The position numbers and the translations under genes were made by a program. Below are positions 18,936 to 27,494 of a DNA stretch of 31,587 bases, piece by piece (positions within the stretch are counted from its first letter, which is position 1; each line of letters begins with the position of its first letter). Origin of the DNA: a virus (Duplodnaviria > Caudoviricetes); IMG/VR virus record IMGVR_UViG_3300038334_000164, positions 1 to 31,587 of that record. One strand, given 5' to 3'. The notes below the pieces were generated by a model. That model was not told the DNA's origin. It did not search any database and saw only the letters and a program-made list of their open reading frames with translations.

Positions 18936-19840
18936 CTGGGTTAGTTGGCGATGTAATCCAAAAGTTTAAAGAAGGTTTCGGGATTGCATCTCCATCGAAA
19001 GAATTATTCAGTATTGGTAAATTTTTAATGCAAGGTTTAATTAATGGCCTTAATGGTGATAACTTAATGTCTTTCATCAATAGTATGGTTGAAGATATTA
19101 AAGCGAAATTCGCCGGTGGGAGTTTTAATCTGAAAGCAGCCATTGACTTTGTTGGTACCGGAGCTGCAGAGTTCTTTAAATCCATCGGAATCGGTGGAAT
19201 GACCGGAGGATCATTACCAGTAGATGGTTCGATAAGTAGTTACTTTGGTTATCGTGATGATGTTGGTGACGTTGGAACTTCGAACCACATGGGCGTTGAT
19301 ATTGCAGCAGCAGAAGGAACACCGATTTATGCAGCAGAGGGTGGTACCGTATCGGAATCAACAGGATCTGGTTATGGGAATTTGATAGTTATAGATAACG
19401 GGTCAGGATTGCAAGAATACTATGGCCACATGTCGGCTTTTAATGTAGCTGACGGTGCGACGGTCAATAAGGGCGATCTCATCGGTTATGTTGGTTCAAC
19501 CGGTAATTCAACCGGCCCGCATCTCCATTTTGGGGTTATGCAAAATGGGGAGTGGGTTGACCCATTGCAATATTATGGATTTGCCGTCGGTTCACGGTAT
19601 ATCCCACGCGACATGTTCGCTAAGTTGCACAAGGGAGAAATGGTTGTTCCTGAATCTGAAAATCCTTACGCAAATAGCGGCGGAAGCATCACAGGTGGAT
19701 TGCAAGCAGAAATAAAACAACCGGCGGTCATTAATCTGGTGCTGCAGAACGGCACGAAATTAGCGGAATATCTAATTGACGACATAAACAATTTACTCGG
19801 TAAGAAAACAGGATTAGCAGGAAGGGGGATGGCGATATGA
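18920..19840 (+). CDS. Tape measure protein, C-terminal part with an M23 peptidase domain
   Basis: GIASPSK, HMGVDIA, YYGHMS, GNSTGPHLHF and LHKGEMVVP motifs. The frame is open from about 18896, consistent with one original gene. Confidence 0.85.
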   Translation: MYGAVTGLVGDVIQKFKEGFGIASPSKELFSIGKFLMQGLINGLNGDNLMSFINSMVEDIKAKFAGGSFNLKAAIDFVGTGAAEFFKSIGIGGMTGGSLPVDGSISSYFGYRDDVGDVGTSNHMGVDIAAAEGTPIYAAEGGTVSESTGSGYGNLIVIDNGSGLQEYYGHMSAFNVADGATVNKGDLIGYVGSTGNSTGPHLHFGVMQNGEWVDPLQYYGFAVGSRYIPRDMFAKLHKGEMVVPESENPYANSGGSITGGLQAEIKQPAVINLVLQNGTKLAEYLIDDINNLLGKKTGLAGRGMAI

Positions 19841-20529
19841 TGGCAGATGTAAAAATCGGCGAAAAGTGGATGAAGAGTGAATTTGATTTTATCCTTAGCA
19901 GCAAATCAATTTCAACACCTGAACCAAATTTTGTGTTTATTGAAATACCAGGGACATCAGATGTGATTGATCTTAGCGAGTCTGTTTCAGGTGATGTTGA
20001 GTACAAGCAAAGAAAAATTTCAATTGTATTTGAAACGAAGCTTTGGGCGAATGCATATCATTCAATCTACTCAAAATTAGCAAACTATATTCAAGGTAGA
20101 AAATTAAAAATTGTATTTAATAAAGATCCTGGATATTATTGGATCGGACGCTTGGCGATTGCTGACGTTAAACAACATAACTCTGGGCAGACAATTACGT
20201 TAACGGCAACTGTTGATCCCTATAAATACGAAACTCAGTCATCGCTGGAACCATGGGAGTGGGATTCATTCTCGTTCGAGGATGGGATTATCCGGGATTA
20301 TTTTGATATTGCAGTACCTGGATCATTAACCATCATCGGTCGCCGTAAACGGGTGTGCCCGATGTTCATTTGTTCGAATGCGATGACTGTTACCTATCTT
20401 GGGAATACCTACAATCTAGTCACAGGGCAAAATACAATACCGGATATATTTCTTGGAGAAGGCGAGCATGTGCTGACGTTCGGTGGATCCGGAACCGTTG
20501 ACGTTGATTATCGGGGGGCGAGTTTGTGA
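19837..20529 (+). CDS. Distal tail (Dit-like) protein
   Basis: IEIPGTSDVIDLSE...YKQRKI...DPGYYWIGR...DPYKY pattern; follows the tape measure gene. Confidence 0.8.
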   Translation: MMADVKIGEKWMKSEFDFILSSKSISTPEPNFVFIEIPGTSDVIDLSESVSGDVEYKQRKISIVFETKLWANAYHSIYSKLANYIQGRKLKIVFNKDPGYYWIGRLAIADVKQHNSGQTITLTATVDPYKYETQSSLEPWEWDSFSFEDGIIRDYFDIAVPGSLTIIGRRKRVCPMFICSNAMTVTYLGNTYNLVTGQNTIPDIFLGEGEHVLTFGGSGTVDVDYRGASL

Positions 20530-20747
20530 ACTTTGACTTTCAATATTATTCCGAAACACAGGGTGGATTGTTTAAGTGTTTATGAGTTCATAACTGGTAA
20601 ACAGTAGGTTTTGTTGCAACATCTGTTTGATCGAATATACGATAATGAAAAGCGATGGTAAGAGCTGGAAGTTGGGATACCTGATTATATTATTGATTAA
20701 TTGGGATAACTATTTTGCTAAAATCAATAAATGAAAAAATCATTACA

Positions 20748-20779
20748 AGCCATCTCTCAATTGAGGTGGCTCTTTTTTT
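20748..20779 (+). terminator. Intrinsic terminator ending the late operon
   Basis: AGCCATCTC-TCAATT-GAGGTGGCT followed by a T-run. Confidence 0.7.
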
Positions 20780-20908
20780 ATTTTTTGAAGTTTTATAATT
20801 AGGAATACACCTAGGTATCTTAGAATAGGCTATAGTAGGAAGAAAGTACCCAATAAATGTAAAAAAACTGCTTATTTCCCCTCATATATGAGAGTTTTTA
20901 ATTAATTT

Positions 20909-20965
20909 TTGCTTGCTTTTAAGAACATGTGGGTATAATATACTAAAAGTATACCCTTATGGGTA
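20909..20965 (+). promoter_or_regulatory. Promoter with nested palindromes upstream of the three-gene cargo operon
   Basis: TTGCTT and TATAAT (20934-20939), though spacing is imperfect. Palindromes GGGTATA...TATACCC (20931-20956), TATACT-AAA-AGTATA and TACCC-TTAT-GGGTA. Confidence 0.5.
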
Positions 20966-21002
20966 AAGGTAAGGCTTGTTTAGATGTAAGGAGGTGTTTA
21001 AT

Positions 21003-21746
21003 ATGATTTTTCAGAATTCAATTGTGAATATCTCTTTTCCGAGGGTTGAGAATTTGAAAAAAATATACTTTCTCAATGATGAAATATTAAAGAGAGAATT
21101 TGATGAACCGACTGTTTTACCTGTGCCAGATGATGCTCCGTCTGAAATACCTAGAATAGTAACAACTTCAAGTGGTGGCCATTCGAAATTAAGTATAAAC
21201 TCAGAAATGATATCGCTACAAACATATTATACTCACGAATATCAAAATAACTGGGAATTATGCAAGGGATATCTTAATAATAAAATCAATAATTTGTTTG
21301 AATTTGCTGACAAATTAACTGAAGGTAATTTTAATTATATTGGATTAATGACGAATGTAATATGGAATAATAGTCCAGACGGCACTAAAGTAATTACCGA
21401 AAAGTTATCAAAACTAAAAACAAATAAAGAAATTTATGACGTTGCTTTTAGGTACACATTCATAGAGGATGAAAAGTACTTTGTAAATGCAAACATTCAA
21501 AATGTAAGAGTTTTCAATAGTAGCGGTGATGCTCGGATTGCAGGTGAATTATGCAACGATTTATTGAAAGAAAATGTAATTGGAATCAATATTGATGTGA
21601 ATGACAGATATCAATTTAATAATAACAGAGATTATGTTTCAAACAAGAATGAGTTTGCAAATATCATGCAAATAACGAGTGACTTTTTAAGTTGTGAAAT
21701 TGAGAATCTTATCAACAAGGGGGAGTACAAAAATGAACGGTTATAA
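21003..21746 (+). CDS. Hypothetical protein, tentatively TIGR04255-like
   Basis: AGGAGGTG RBS; PVPDDAPSEIPRI, W..C..YL, YIGL and INIDVN; low GC. Family call is from recalled pattern only. Confidence 0.55.
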   Translation: MIFQNSIVNISFPRVENLKKIYFLNDEILKREFDEPTVLPVPDDAPSEIPRIVTTSSGGHSKLSINSEMISLQTYYTHEYQNNWELCKGYLNNKINNLFEFADKLTEGNFNYIGLMTNVIWNNSPDGTKVITEKLSKLKTNKEIYDVAFRYTFIEDEKYFVNANIQNVRVFNSSGDARIAGELCNDLLKENVIGINIDVNDRYQFNNNRDYVSNKNEFANIMQITSDFLSCEIENLINKGEYKNERL

Positions 21747-22059
21747 TATTTCTTCATCGATTGTAGACCCGGTATATTTGTCAACATTATTCAAAACACA
21801 AGAAAAGTATAATGATTCATACAAATTAATTAATGTTGAAGATTTAACGAAACATTTGAGATTTGAAAAGTTGTCGCAAAGTTCAGAAGATAAAATTGTT
21901 GTAATATGCAGTACCACAAGAAGAAATAGAATTGAAAATGAGGCTTTTGCTTTATTTGGAACAATGAGAAATGCTTCAGTTAAGGAACGGGAAAGCGTTG
22001 AAAAATATATTAAATCTATTTCTAAACCAACAGGATTGAATTTTTTTGATATATGTTAA
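21733..22059 (+). CDS. Small hypothetical protein (candidate antitoxin)
   Basis: AAGGGGGAG RBS; overlaps both neighbouring genes. Confidence 0.6.
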   Translation: MNGYNISSSIVDPVYLSTLFKTQEKYNDSYKLINVEDLTKHLRFEKLSQSSEDKIVVICSTTRRNRIENEAFALFGTMRNASVKERESVEKYIKSISKPTGLNFFDIC

Positions 22060-22628
22060 GTGGTCTTATTGAATTAGCAAATGAAGTGTTCCCCGCAATC
22101 TCTCAAGAAGTAACCGATGGCGCAAAAATAGCAATGGAACAATTCAATAAAAACGGTAAGAAGTTAAATTTTACAACAAATAATTCTTTAGAACAGCTTT
22201 CTCAGGGTGATGTTATAACAAATGTAGGTTTTTGTTATTATGATGATTACGGGAATCAATTTACTTTCAAGTCCAACGGAATGGTTCTTTCGACATCCTG
22301 CCACATTGACCAAAAGGAAAAATTATTAATTTGTCCGGTTTTCTCACAAAGTGAATTTTGTGGAAATAATCAAGAACTTCAAAGTAATAGAATATTCCAA
22401 TATATGTATTTACATAGCCAGAATAATTTGACTATGGGTCACTATGCGGATTTTTCGATAGTTAATACTTTTAATAAACAGTTAATTTTCAACGGTATCG
22501 AAAATAAAAAAATGGGCAGGTTGATATCTTTGAATCAAATTGGATATTATGTATTTATCACAAAGCTGAGCATTTATTTGATGAGAGTTGAAGATTCTGA
22601 CACACAGAAATACAGAGCCTCTTTTTAA
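22053..22628 (+). CDS. Hypothetical protein with a PemK/MazF-like motif pattern (candidate toxin)
   Basis: LSQGDVI...GMVLSTSCHI...LLICPV resembles the GD..(x)n..VlS..(x)n..v.P signature of PemK/MazF folds. Confidence 0.5.
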   Translation: MLSGLIELANEVFPAISQEVTDGAKIAMEQFNKNGKKLNFTTNNSLEQLSQGDVITNVGFCYYDDYGNQFTFKSNGMVLSTSCHIDQKEKLLICPVFSQSEFCGNNQELQSNRIFQYMYLHSQNNLTMGHYADFSIVNTFNKQLIFNGIENKKMGRLISLNQIGYYVFITKLSIYLMRVEDSDTQKYRASF

Positions 22629-22851
22629 GACTGTGAATTCTGGTCTTTTTAGAGGTTGGCTTATGCTGAGAAACACGTCAAAAGTAAAGCCAATTAAAAA
22701 TGGCGACAATAGTATTTATATAGTCACAAGATGATTTGCCATAAAAGACGTAACCAACAAACGCTTTGGCTAACAACTGATCCTTAATAAGAATAAGTTA
22801 TTGGATCATTGACTAAAACAGCAAAGATAAAATTAATTGTGATCACTAATC

Positions 22852-22888
22852 AAAAAAGAAGATGTACAGATCTAGCATCTTCTTTTTT
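22852..22888. terminator. Bidirectional intrinsic terminator
   Basis: AAAAAAGAAGATG-N11-CATCTTCTTTTTT. Confidence 0.7.
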
Positions 22889-22891
22889 ATA

Positions 22892-22933
22892 TTGACTTTA
22901 CGACGGAACGGATGTACTATAAAACAAACGTTC
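22892..22933 (+). promoter_or_regulatory. Sigma-A promoter with two LexA (Cheo-type) SOS boxes
   Basis: TTGACT, 17-bp spacer, TACTAT. GAAC-GGAT-GTAC (22906-22917) and AAAC-AAAC-GTTC (22922-22933) are each one mismatch from GAAC-N4-GTTC. Confidence 0.75.
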
Positions 22934-22950
22934 TTTTGTGAGGTGGATAA

Positions 22951-24210
22951 ATGGAGCGAGTAATTTTGCATTCAGATATGAACAGTTTCTATGCAAGTGT
23001 AGAGTGCCTTTATAATCCAGAGATAAGGGATAAGCCTGTGGCGGTTGGCGGCAATCCGGAAAAACGCCATGGGATTATTCTGGCCAAGAATGATAAAGCC
23101 AAAAAAGCTGGCGTAAAGACTGGTGAAACTTTAGGACAAGCGTTGGGAAAATGCCCGAACCTTGTTATTGTACGCCCGAACTTTGAACGCTACTTGCGTT
23201 ATTCCAAATTATCAAGGGAAATATATAACCGATACTCCGATCAGGTTGAGCCTTTTGGCCTTGACGAAAGTTGGATCGATGTAACGCATAGTGTAAAAAT
23301 TCATGGAAACGGTCAAGTAATAGCTCAAAAGATTAGCCATGCAATTAAGGATGAATTGGGTGTTACTGTTTCTATTGGCGTTTCATGGAATAAGATCTTT
23401 GCAAAGTATGGATCGGATTATAAAAAACCAGATGCAATCACAATAATTACAAGAGACAATTATAAACAGATTGTTTGGGAACAGGATGTAGGGGATCTCC
23501 TTTATGTGGGACGATCCACAAAAAATAAGTTAACAAAATACGGAATTTATACCATTGGGCAATTAGCAAAGAGTAACCTGGACTTTCTGGTTCAAGTATT
23601 TGGAAAAATGGGCGTAGTATTATGGCGATTTGCCAATGGCCTTGACGATAGCCCGGTTAAAAGCTTTGATGAGCACTATAATGGAAACGAACGATTAATA
23701 AAAAGCATCGGCAACAGCATTACCACACCGAGGGACCTAAAGAATCTGAAAGATGTAAAGATCATCATTTATATGCTAACTGAGAGTGTAGCCATGCGCT
23801 TAAGAGAAACCGGCTGTTACTGCCAAACAGTAGCTATTCATGTCCGAAACAAAGAGTTACATAGTTTTACCCGGCAAATGAAGCTTCAGAAACCATCGGA
23901 TCTCACAAATGAGATTGCCAGAGCAGCCATCGATCTATTTGTAAGAAATTATGATTTTAGTTCAGATATCCGGTCTATGGGGGTGCGGGTGACCGATTTG
24001 GTACCGGATTCGACGCCGATTCAATTGGATTTGTTTGGTAATGAAGAGTTGCGGGTGAGGCAGGCTCGACTTGACGATACCGTCGATGGTTTAAGAAAAC
24101 GCTTTGGTAATCTAGCTGTACGGCGAGCGTTAACCATTGGTGATCAAATGGGAACCTTGGATGCTAAAAAAGATCATGTTATCCATCCGATAGGGTATTT
24201 CGGTAATTAA
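22951..24210 (+). CDS. dinB: Y-family DNA polymerase (DinB / UvrX-UmuC-like)
   Basis: LHSDMNSFYASVE, GLDESWID, KKPDAIT, KSIGNSIT, and a QLDLF clamp-binding motif. Confidence 0.92.
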   Translation: MERVILHSDMNSFYASVECLYNPEIRDKPVAVGGNPEKRHGIILAKNDKAKKAGVKTGETLGQALGKCPNLVIVRPNFERYLRYSKLSREIYNRYSDQVEPFGLDESWIDVTHSVKIHGNGQVIAQKISHAIKDELGVTVSIGVSWNKIFAKYGSDYKKPDAITIITRDNYKQIVWEQDVGDLLYVGRSTKNKLTKYGIYTIGQLAKSNLDFLVQVFGKMGVVLWRFANGLDDSPVKSFDEHYNGNERLIKSIGNSITTPRDLKNLKDVKIIIYMLTESVAMRLRETGCYCQTVAIHVRNKELHSFTRQMKLQKPSDLTNEIARAAIDLFVRNYDFSSDIRSMGVRVTDLVPDSTPIQLDLFGNEELRVRQARLDDTVDGLRKRFGNLAVRRALTIGDQMGTLDAKKDHVIHPIGYFGN

Positions 24211-24375
24211 TAAAAGCCCACGTGCTTATCACCGCGAACCGCTATTAAACAGTTTTAAAAAAGTCTTTCAATGGGTCCATAATCCAGTACATGTCATCAA
24301 CACAATCTGACTTCGGATAAATTCAATTCTATCGACTCAATAATCGATGTAATTTTTGATAGGTGTTATGTGTCA

Positions 24376-24699
24376 TCAATGCATCGGTCTATTCGTTTCA
24401 AAAATTGGAAGACATTTTTTTGACTCTAAAATCATATCTTTAAAATTGCTAATCTCAGATTCGGAAAAATACAAATTACTAGTCAATCCGTTTTCATTAG
24501 CAATCAATTCTTCGTACACATAATACTTTTTATTATTCATAGTAAAAATGAATAAATTTACATTTTCAACTTCAAAATACGTGTAGCTACCTTCTGTTGC
24601 ACTTCCAGATGTTGTCATTTTATTAAATTTTTCGATAAATGACTCATTGTGGTCAACTGTTACTTGAATAAGTTTATTTTTATAAACATAATCTGCCAT
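24376..24699 (-). CDS. Hypothetical protein
   Basis: 107-aa ORF with an AAGGAG RBS. Confidence 0.65.
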   Translation of the reverse strand: MADYVYKNKLIQVTVDHNESFIEKFNKMTTSGSATEGSYTYFEVENVNLFIFTMNNKKYYVYEELIANENGLTSNLYFSESEISNFKDMILESKKCLPIFETNRPMH

Positions 24700-24852
24700 A
24701 GTTTATCTCCTTTATTTAATTTGCACTATTTCAGTTTTACTATATATTTGTGTAAAATGCAAGTTATTTGAACAATAATTGTTGGTGAATTTTATTCATC
24801 AATAGGGGTATAACATTATTATGAGGATAAAAATAACAAGGAGGATTAATTT

Positions 24853-26001
24853 GTGAGGAAAAGTATTCAAAGATATTTTTATATGTTGGCGGTATTGTCT
24901 ATGCTGTTTGGAATAGCATCAACTGGGGTTATGGCTAAAGAAGCATCTGCTAACAGCGACTTTACTTTTGGTGGTATAGGTGATGGCATCACCATTACTG
25001 GATATAATGGAAATGGCGGAGAAGTAGTGATACCAGAGGCGCTTGGTGCGACCAAAGTTGTCGCCATTGAGCGAGCAGCTTTTTCATATTGCGATGAAAT
25101 AACCAGTATTATTATTCCCGGTGGCGTGACGTCGATTGGTGAAGAAGCATTTTATCATTGCAACGGATTAACAAATATAGAAATTCCGGATAGTGTGACT
25201 TTTATTGATGAATGTGCATTTGAAGACTGCGACAAATTGACCAGTATTACATTGCCGAAAGGTATAACGACTATTAATTCTTATACATTTACTAAATGCA
25301 GTGGGCTAACTAGCATTACAATTCCTGATGGCGTTACTTCAATTGGGTGGGCTGCCTTTTCATATTGTACGGGGTTAACAAGTATAGTAATCCCAGAGAG
25401 CGTGACTTCTATTAATGGGCTTGTGTTTAAGGATCATAATGAAAGTTTAGTTATTTATGGTGTCGAGGGATCTTATGCTGAAACATATGCACGAGAACAA
25501 GGGATACGATTTTTAATTGATGAAAGCTTGAACAAGAAAATTCCTATCATTTCCTATCAGACCCATGTTCAAAATATTGGCTGGCAAGAAGATGTTCTGC
25601 AGGGGGGAATGTCTGGAACAGAAGGCATGGGATATAGACTTGAAAGTATCCGCATCAGTTTTGAAGATGATGCTAATTTCGATTTAGGCGTTGCCTATTC
25701 CACCCACGTCGAAAACATTGGATGGCAAGCCGAAGTGGCGAACGGGGCCACGGCTGGGACAACGGATCATGGCTTGCGTTTGGAAGCAATTAAAATCAGG
25801 CTCACTGGGGCTGATTCTGATAAATTCGACATCTACTATCAGGTCCATGCTCAAAATTTCGGGTGGCTGGATTGGGCTAAGAATGGTGATAGCGCCGGAA
25901 CCGCAGGCTTTGGGTATCGATTGGAAGCAATCAGAATCTCGATTGTTCCTAAAGGATATCTGGCACCAGGTGCAACGACTAGACCATTTGTTCAAAATTA
26001 G
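24853..26001 (+). CDS. Secreted BspA-type leucine-rich repeat protein with C-terminal ChW repeats
   Basis: Signal peptide; LTSITIPDGVTSIG..AF..C repeats; three YQTHVQNIGWQ...GT.G...RLE.I ChW repeats. Confidence 0.9.
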   Translation: MRKSIQRYFYMLAVLSMLFGIASTGVMAKEASANSDFTFGGIGDGITITGYNGNGGEVVIPEALGATKVVAIERAAFSYCDEITSIIIPGGVTSIGEEAFYHCNGLTNIEIPDSVTFIDECAFEDCDKLTSITLPKGITTINSYTFTKCSGLTSITIPDGVTSIGWAAFSYCTGLTSIVIPESVTSINGLVFKDHNESLVIYGVEGSYAETYAREQGIRFLIDESLNKKIPIISYQTHVQNIGWQEDVLQGGMSGTEGMGYRLESIRISFEDDANFDLGVAYSTHVENIGWQAEVANGATAGTTDHGLRLEAIKIRLTGADSDKFDIYYQVHAQNFGWLDWAKNGDSAGTAGFGYRLEAIRISIVPKGYLAPGATTRPFVQN

Positions 26002-26026
26002 GTAAAGGGGAAGCAGTAGATCCGTA

Positions 26027-26055
26027 AGACCGGTTTAATCGCCGGTCTATTTTTT
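26027..26055 (+). terminator. Intrinsic terminator
   Basis: AGACCGGT-TTAATC-GCCGGTCT followed by ATTTTTT. Confidence 0.7.
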
Positions 26056-26062
26056 AGTTTTC

Positions 26063-26285
26063 ACACAAGGCTTTCCTTTGCATGGTGATAGTCATGATGT
26101 GATCGGTCTCAGGACGGCCGCCGGTACTTTCTCTGATTTTTCCAATAAAGGTCTTGGCCTTCGATAAATCCATACCCAGCCATTCTTTTAAACCAATCCG
26201 TGTAGTTGTCCTTCACCTCCAAAAATTCACGCAGTTCTCGAACGATTACTTCCAGTTCTTCATTTTTGTTACAGAAAACTATCAC
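26063..26285 (-). pseudogene. AntA/AntB antirepressor N-terminal remnant (frameshifted)
   Basis: Manual translation gives VRELREFLEVKDNYTDWFKRMAGYGFIEGQD, then after a frameshift FIGKIRESTGGRPETDHIMTITM. Confidence 0.75.
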
Positions 26286-26630
26286 ATTCTCAATACTTCT
26301 TTGTAAGCATCAGCAAACTTTAAGGTCACTTTCCTCTTATTCAGAGCTGCATGAAGTATAATTTCGAATTTTTCATTCATGACTTCTTCAATTTCTTGCA
26401 ATCCCGCAAAAATTTCATGAATTTTATTCTACGTAAAAAAGCATTATTTTCATTTGATACTTTCTTAATAAAATTGATGTGGCTCACAGTTATTAAATGC
26501 GATATAATGGTTAGAAAATTGAGGTTTGCTACTAAAAAATTCTTCAGTACTGGGATTAATTTAAATTCTCTGGCCAAAGAAAATCGAAAGATTTTTCTTG
26601 ATTTTCGTACAAAAATAATAGGTGGTATTT

Positions 26631-27224
26631 ATGAAAACAATTAAATTAAAAGAAAAAATGTACACCTCTAATAAAATTGAAGAAAAATTGACCGAAGCGG
26701 TTAAAGTATTTAAAGACACTGAGGGTGGGAAAAAAGCGAAAAAGTGTTATTGCGCCGGTTATTTGGCTTTTATGAAGGATTTTCTTGATTTTTCAGATGA
26801 AGAATACGCTAGATTATATGAAAAATATGTGAACGGCAAGGAATATGTAAAATATGTTACATGTGAAACGTGCGGCAAAGAACAAATGGAATATAAGTGG
26901 CAAATTTTCAAAAATGGAGAAGATCACATCGCTTGTGTTTGCGGTGCTTGTGGGGCATTCAATGATTACGCTCCAAAGGTAGAACCTTTTGTAAATCTTG
27001 TTTATGGAAAGTATGCGAAGAACACTCCTAAATCGGAGAAGTGTAAAAAATGCGGTGATAATAAGATGTTATACAAATGGAGAACATTTACAAACGGTGA
27101 AAAGCATATAGCGCAGTTATGCGAATCGTGCGGTGCTTATAATGGTTTTGTACCGAGAGTTGCCCCATATATAGACTTGGCCGAGGGTGATTGGGAGCCG
27201 AAGAAAAAAGCAATTAAAGGTTAA
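26631..27224 (+). CDS. Hypothetical protein with two tandem zinc-ribbon repeats
   Basis: CETCG..(YKWQIFKNGEDHIA)..CGACGAFN and CKKCG..(YKWRTFTNGEKHIA)..CESCGAYN; AGGTGG RBS before ATG 26631. Confidence 0.8.
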   Translation: MKTIKLKEKMYTSNKIEEKLTEAVKVFKDTEGGKKAKKCYCAGYLAFMKDFLDFSDEEYARLYEKYVNGKEYVKYVTCETCGKEQMEYKWQIFKNGEDHIACVCGACGAFNDYAPKVEPFVNLVYGKYAKNTPKSEKCKKCGDNKMLYKWRTFTNGEKHIAQLCESCGAYNGFVPRVAPYIDLAEGDWEPKKKAIKG

Positions 27225-27247
27225 ATAATTAGAACTTGATTGAATAA

Positions 27248-27493
27248 TGGCATCTCATCAAAGATCAGTCTGGGCAAAGAAATTTATTGCCGTACGAAAG
27301 AAGCATACTGGCTTTACAGATGGAGGACGAGATTAAGGCGATGGCGAAGGAGAATCAAAAAGCAAGTGGCGAAAATTTTGGAAAGGGTACGCAGAAATCT
27401 GCGGAACCTATCAAGCAAACCGATACCCGCAAAGAAATTGCCAAACTAGCCGGGGTGTCGCATATCGAAAATAATATGAAAGTGGTAAAATAA
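27248..27493 (+). pseudogene. Remnant of a ParB/Spo0J-like phage protein (C-terminal HTH part)
   Basis: WHLIKDQSGQRNLLPYERSILAL...AKENQK...DTRKEIAKLAGVS; in-frame stop at 27245 and no N-terminal domain. Confidence 0.6.
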
Positions 27494-27494
27494 A

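Noticed and set aside
464-20006. Numerous antisense or alternate-frame ORFs inside phage genes (e.g. 464-739, 9347-9607, 17378-17845)
   Set aside because: Shadow ORFs of well-supported genes.
20526-20745. Remnant of a Tal, holin or lysin gene after Dit
   Set aside because: Only very short ORFs and no recognisable motifs.
20923-20934. SOS box upstream of the three-gene operon (GAAC-ATGT-GGGT)
   Set aside because: The right half-site is too far from GTTC.
26351-26644. ORFs 26351-26644 (+) and 26377-26577 (-)
   Set aside because: Low-complexity, AT-rich translations overlapping the likely promoter region of the zinc-ribbon gene.
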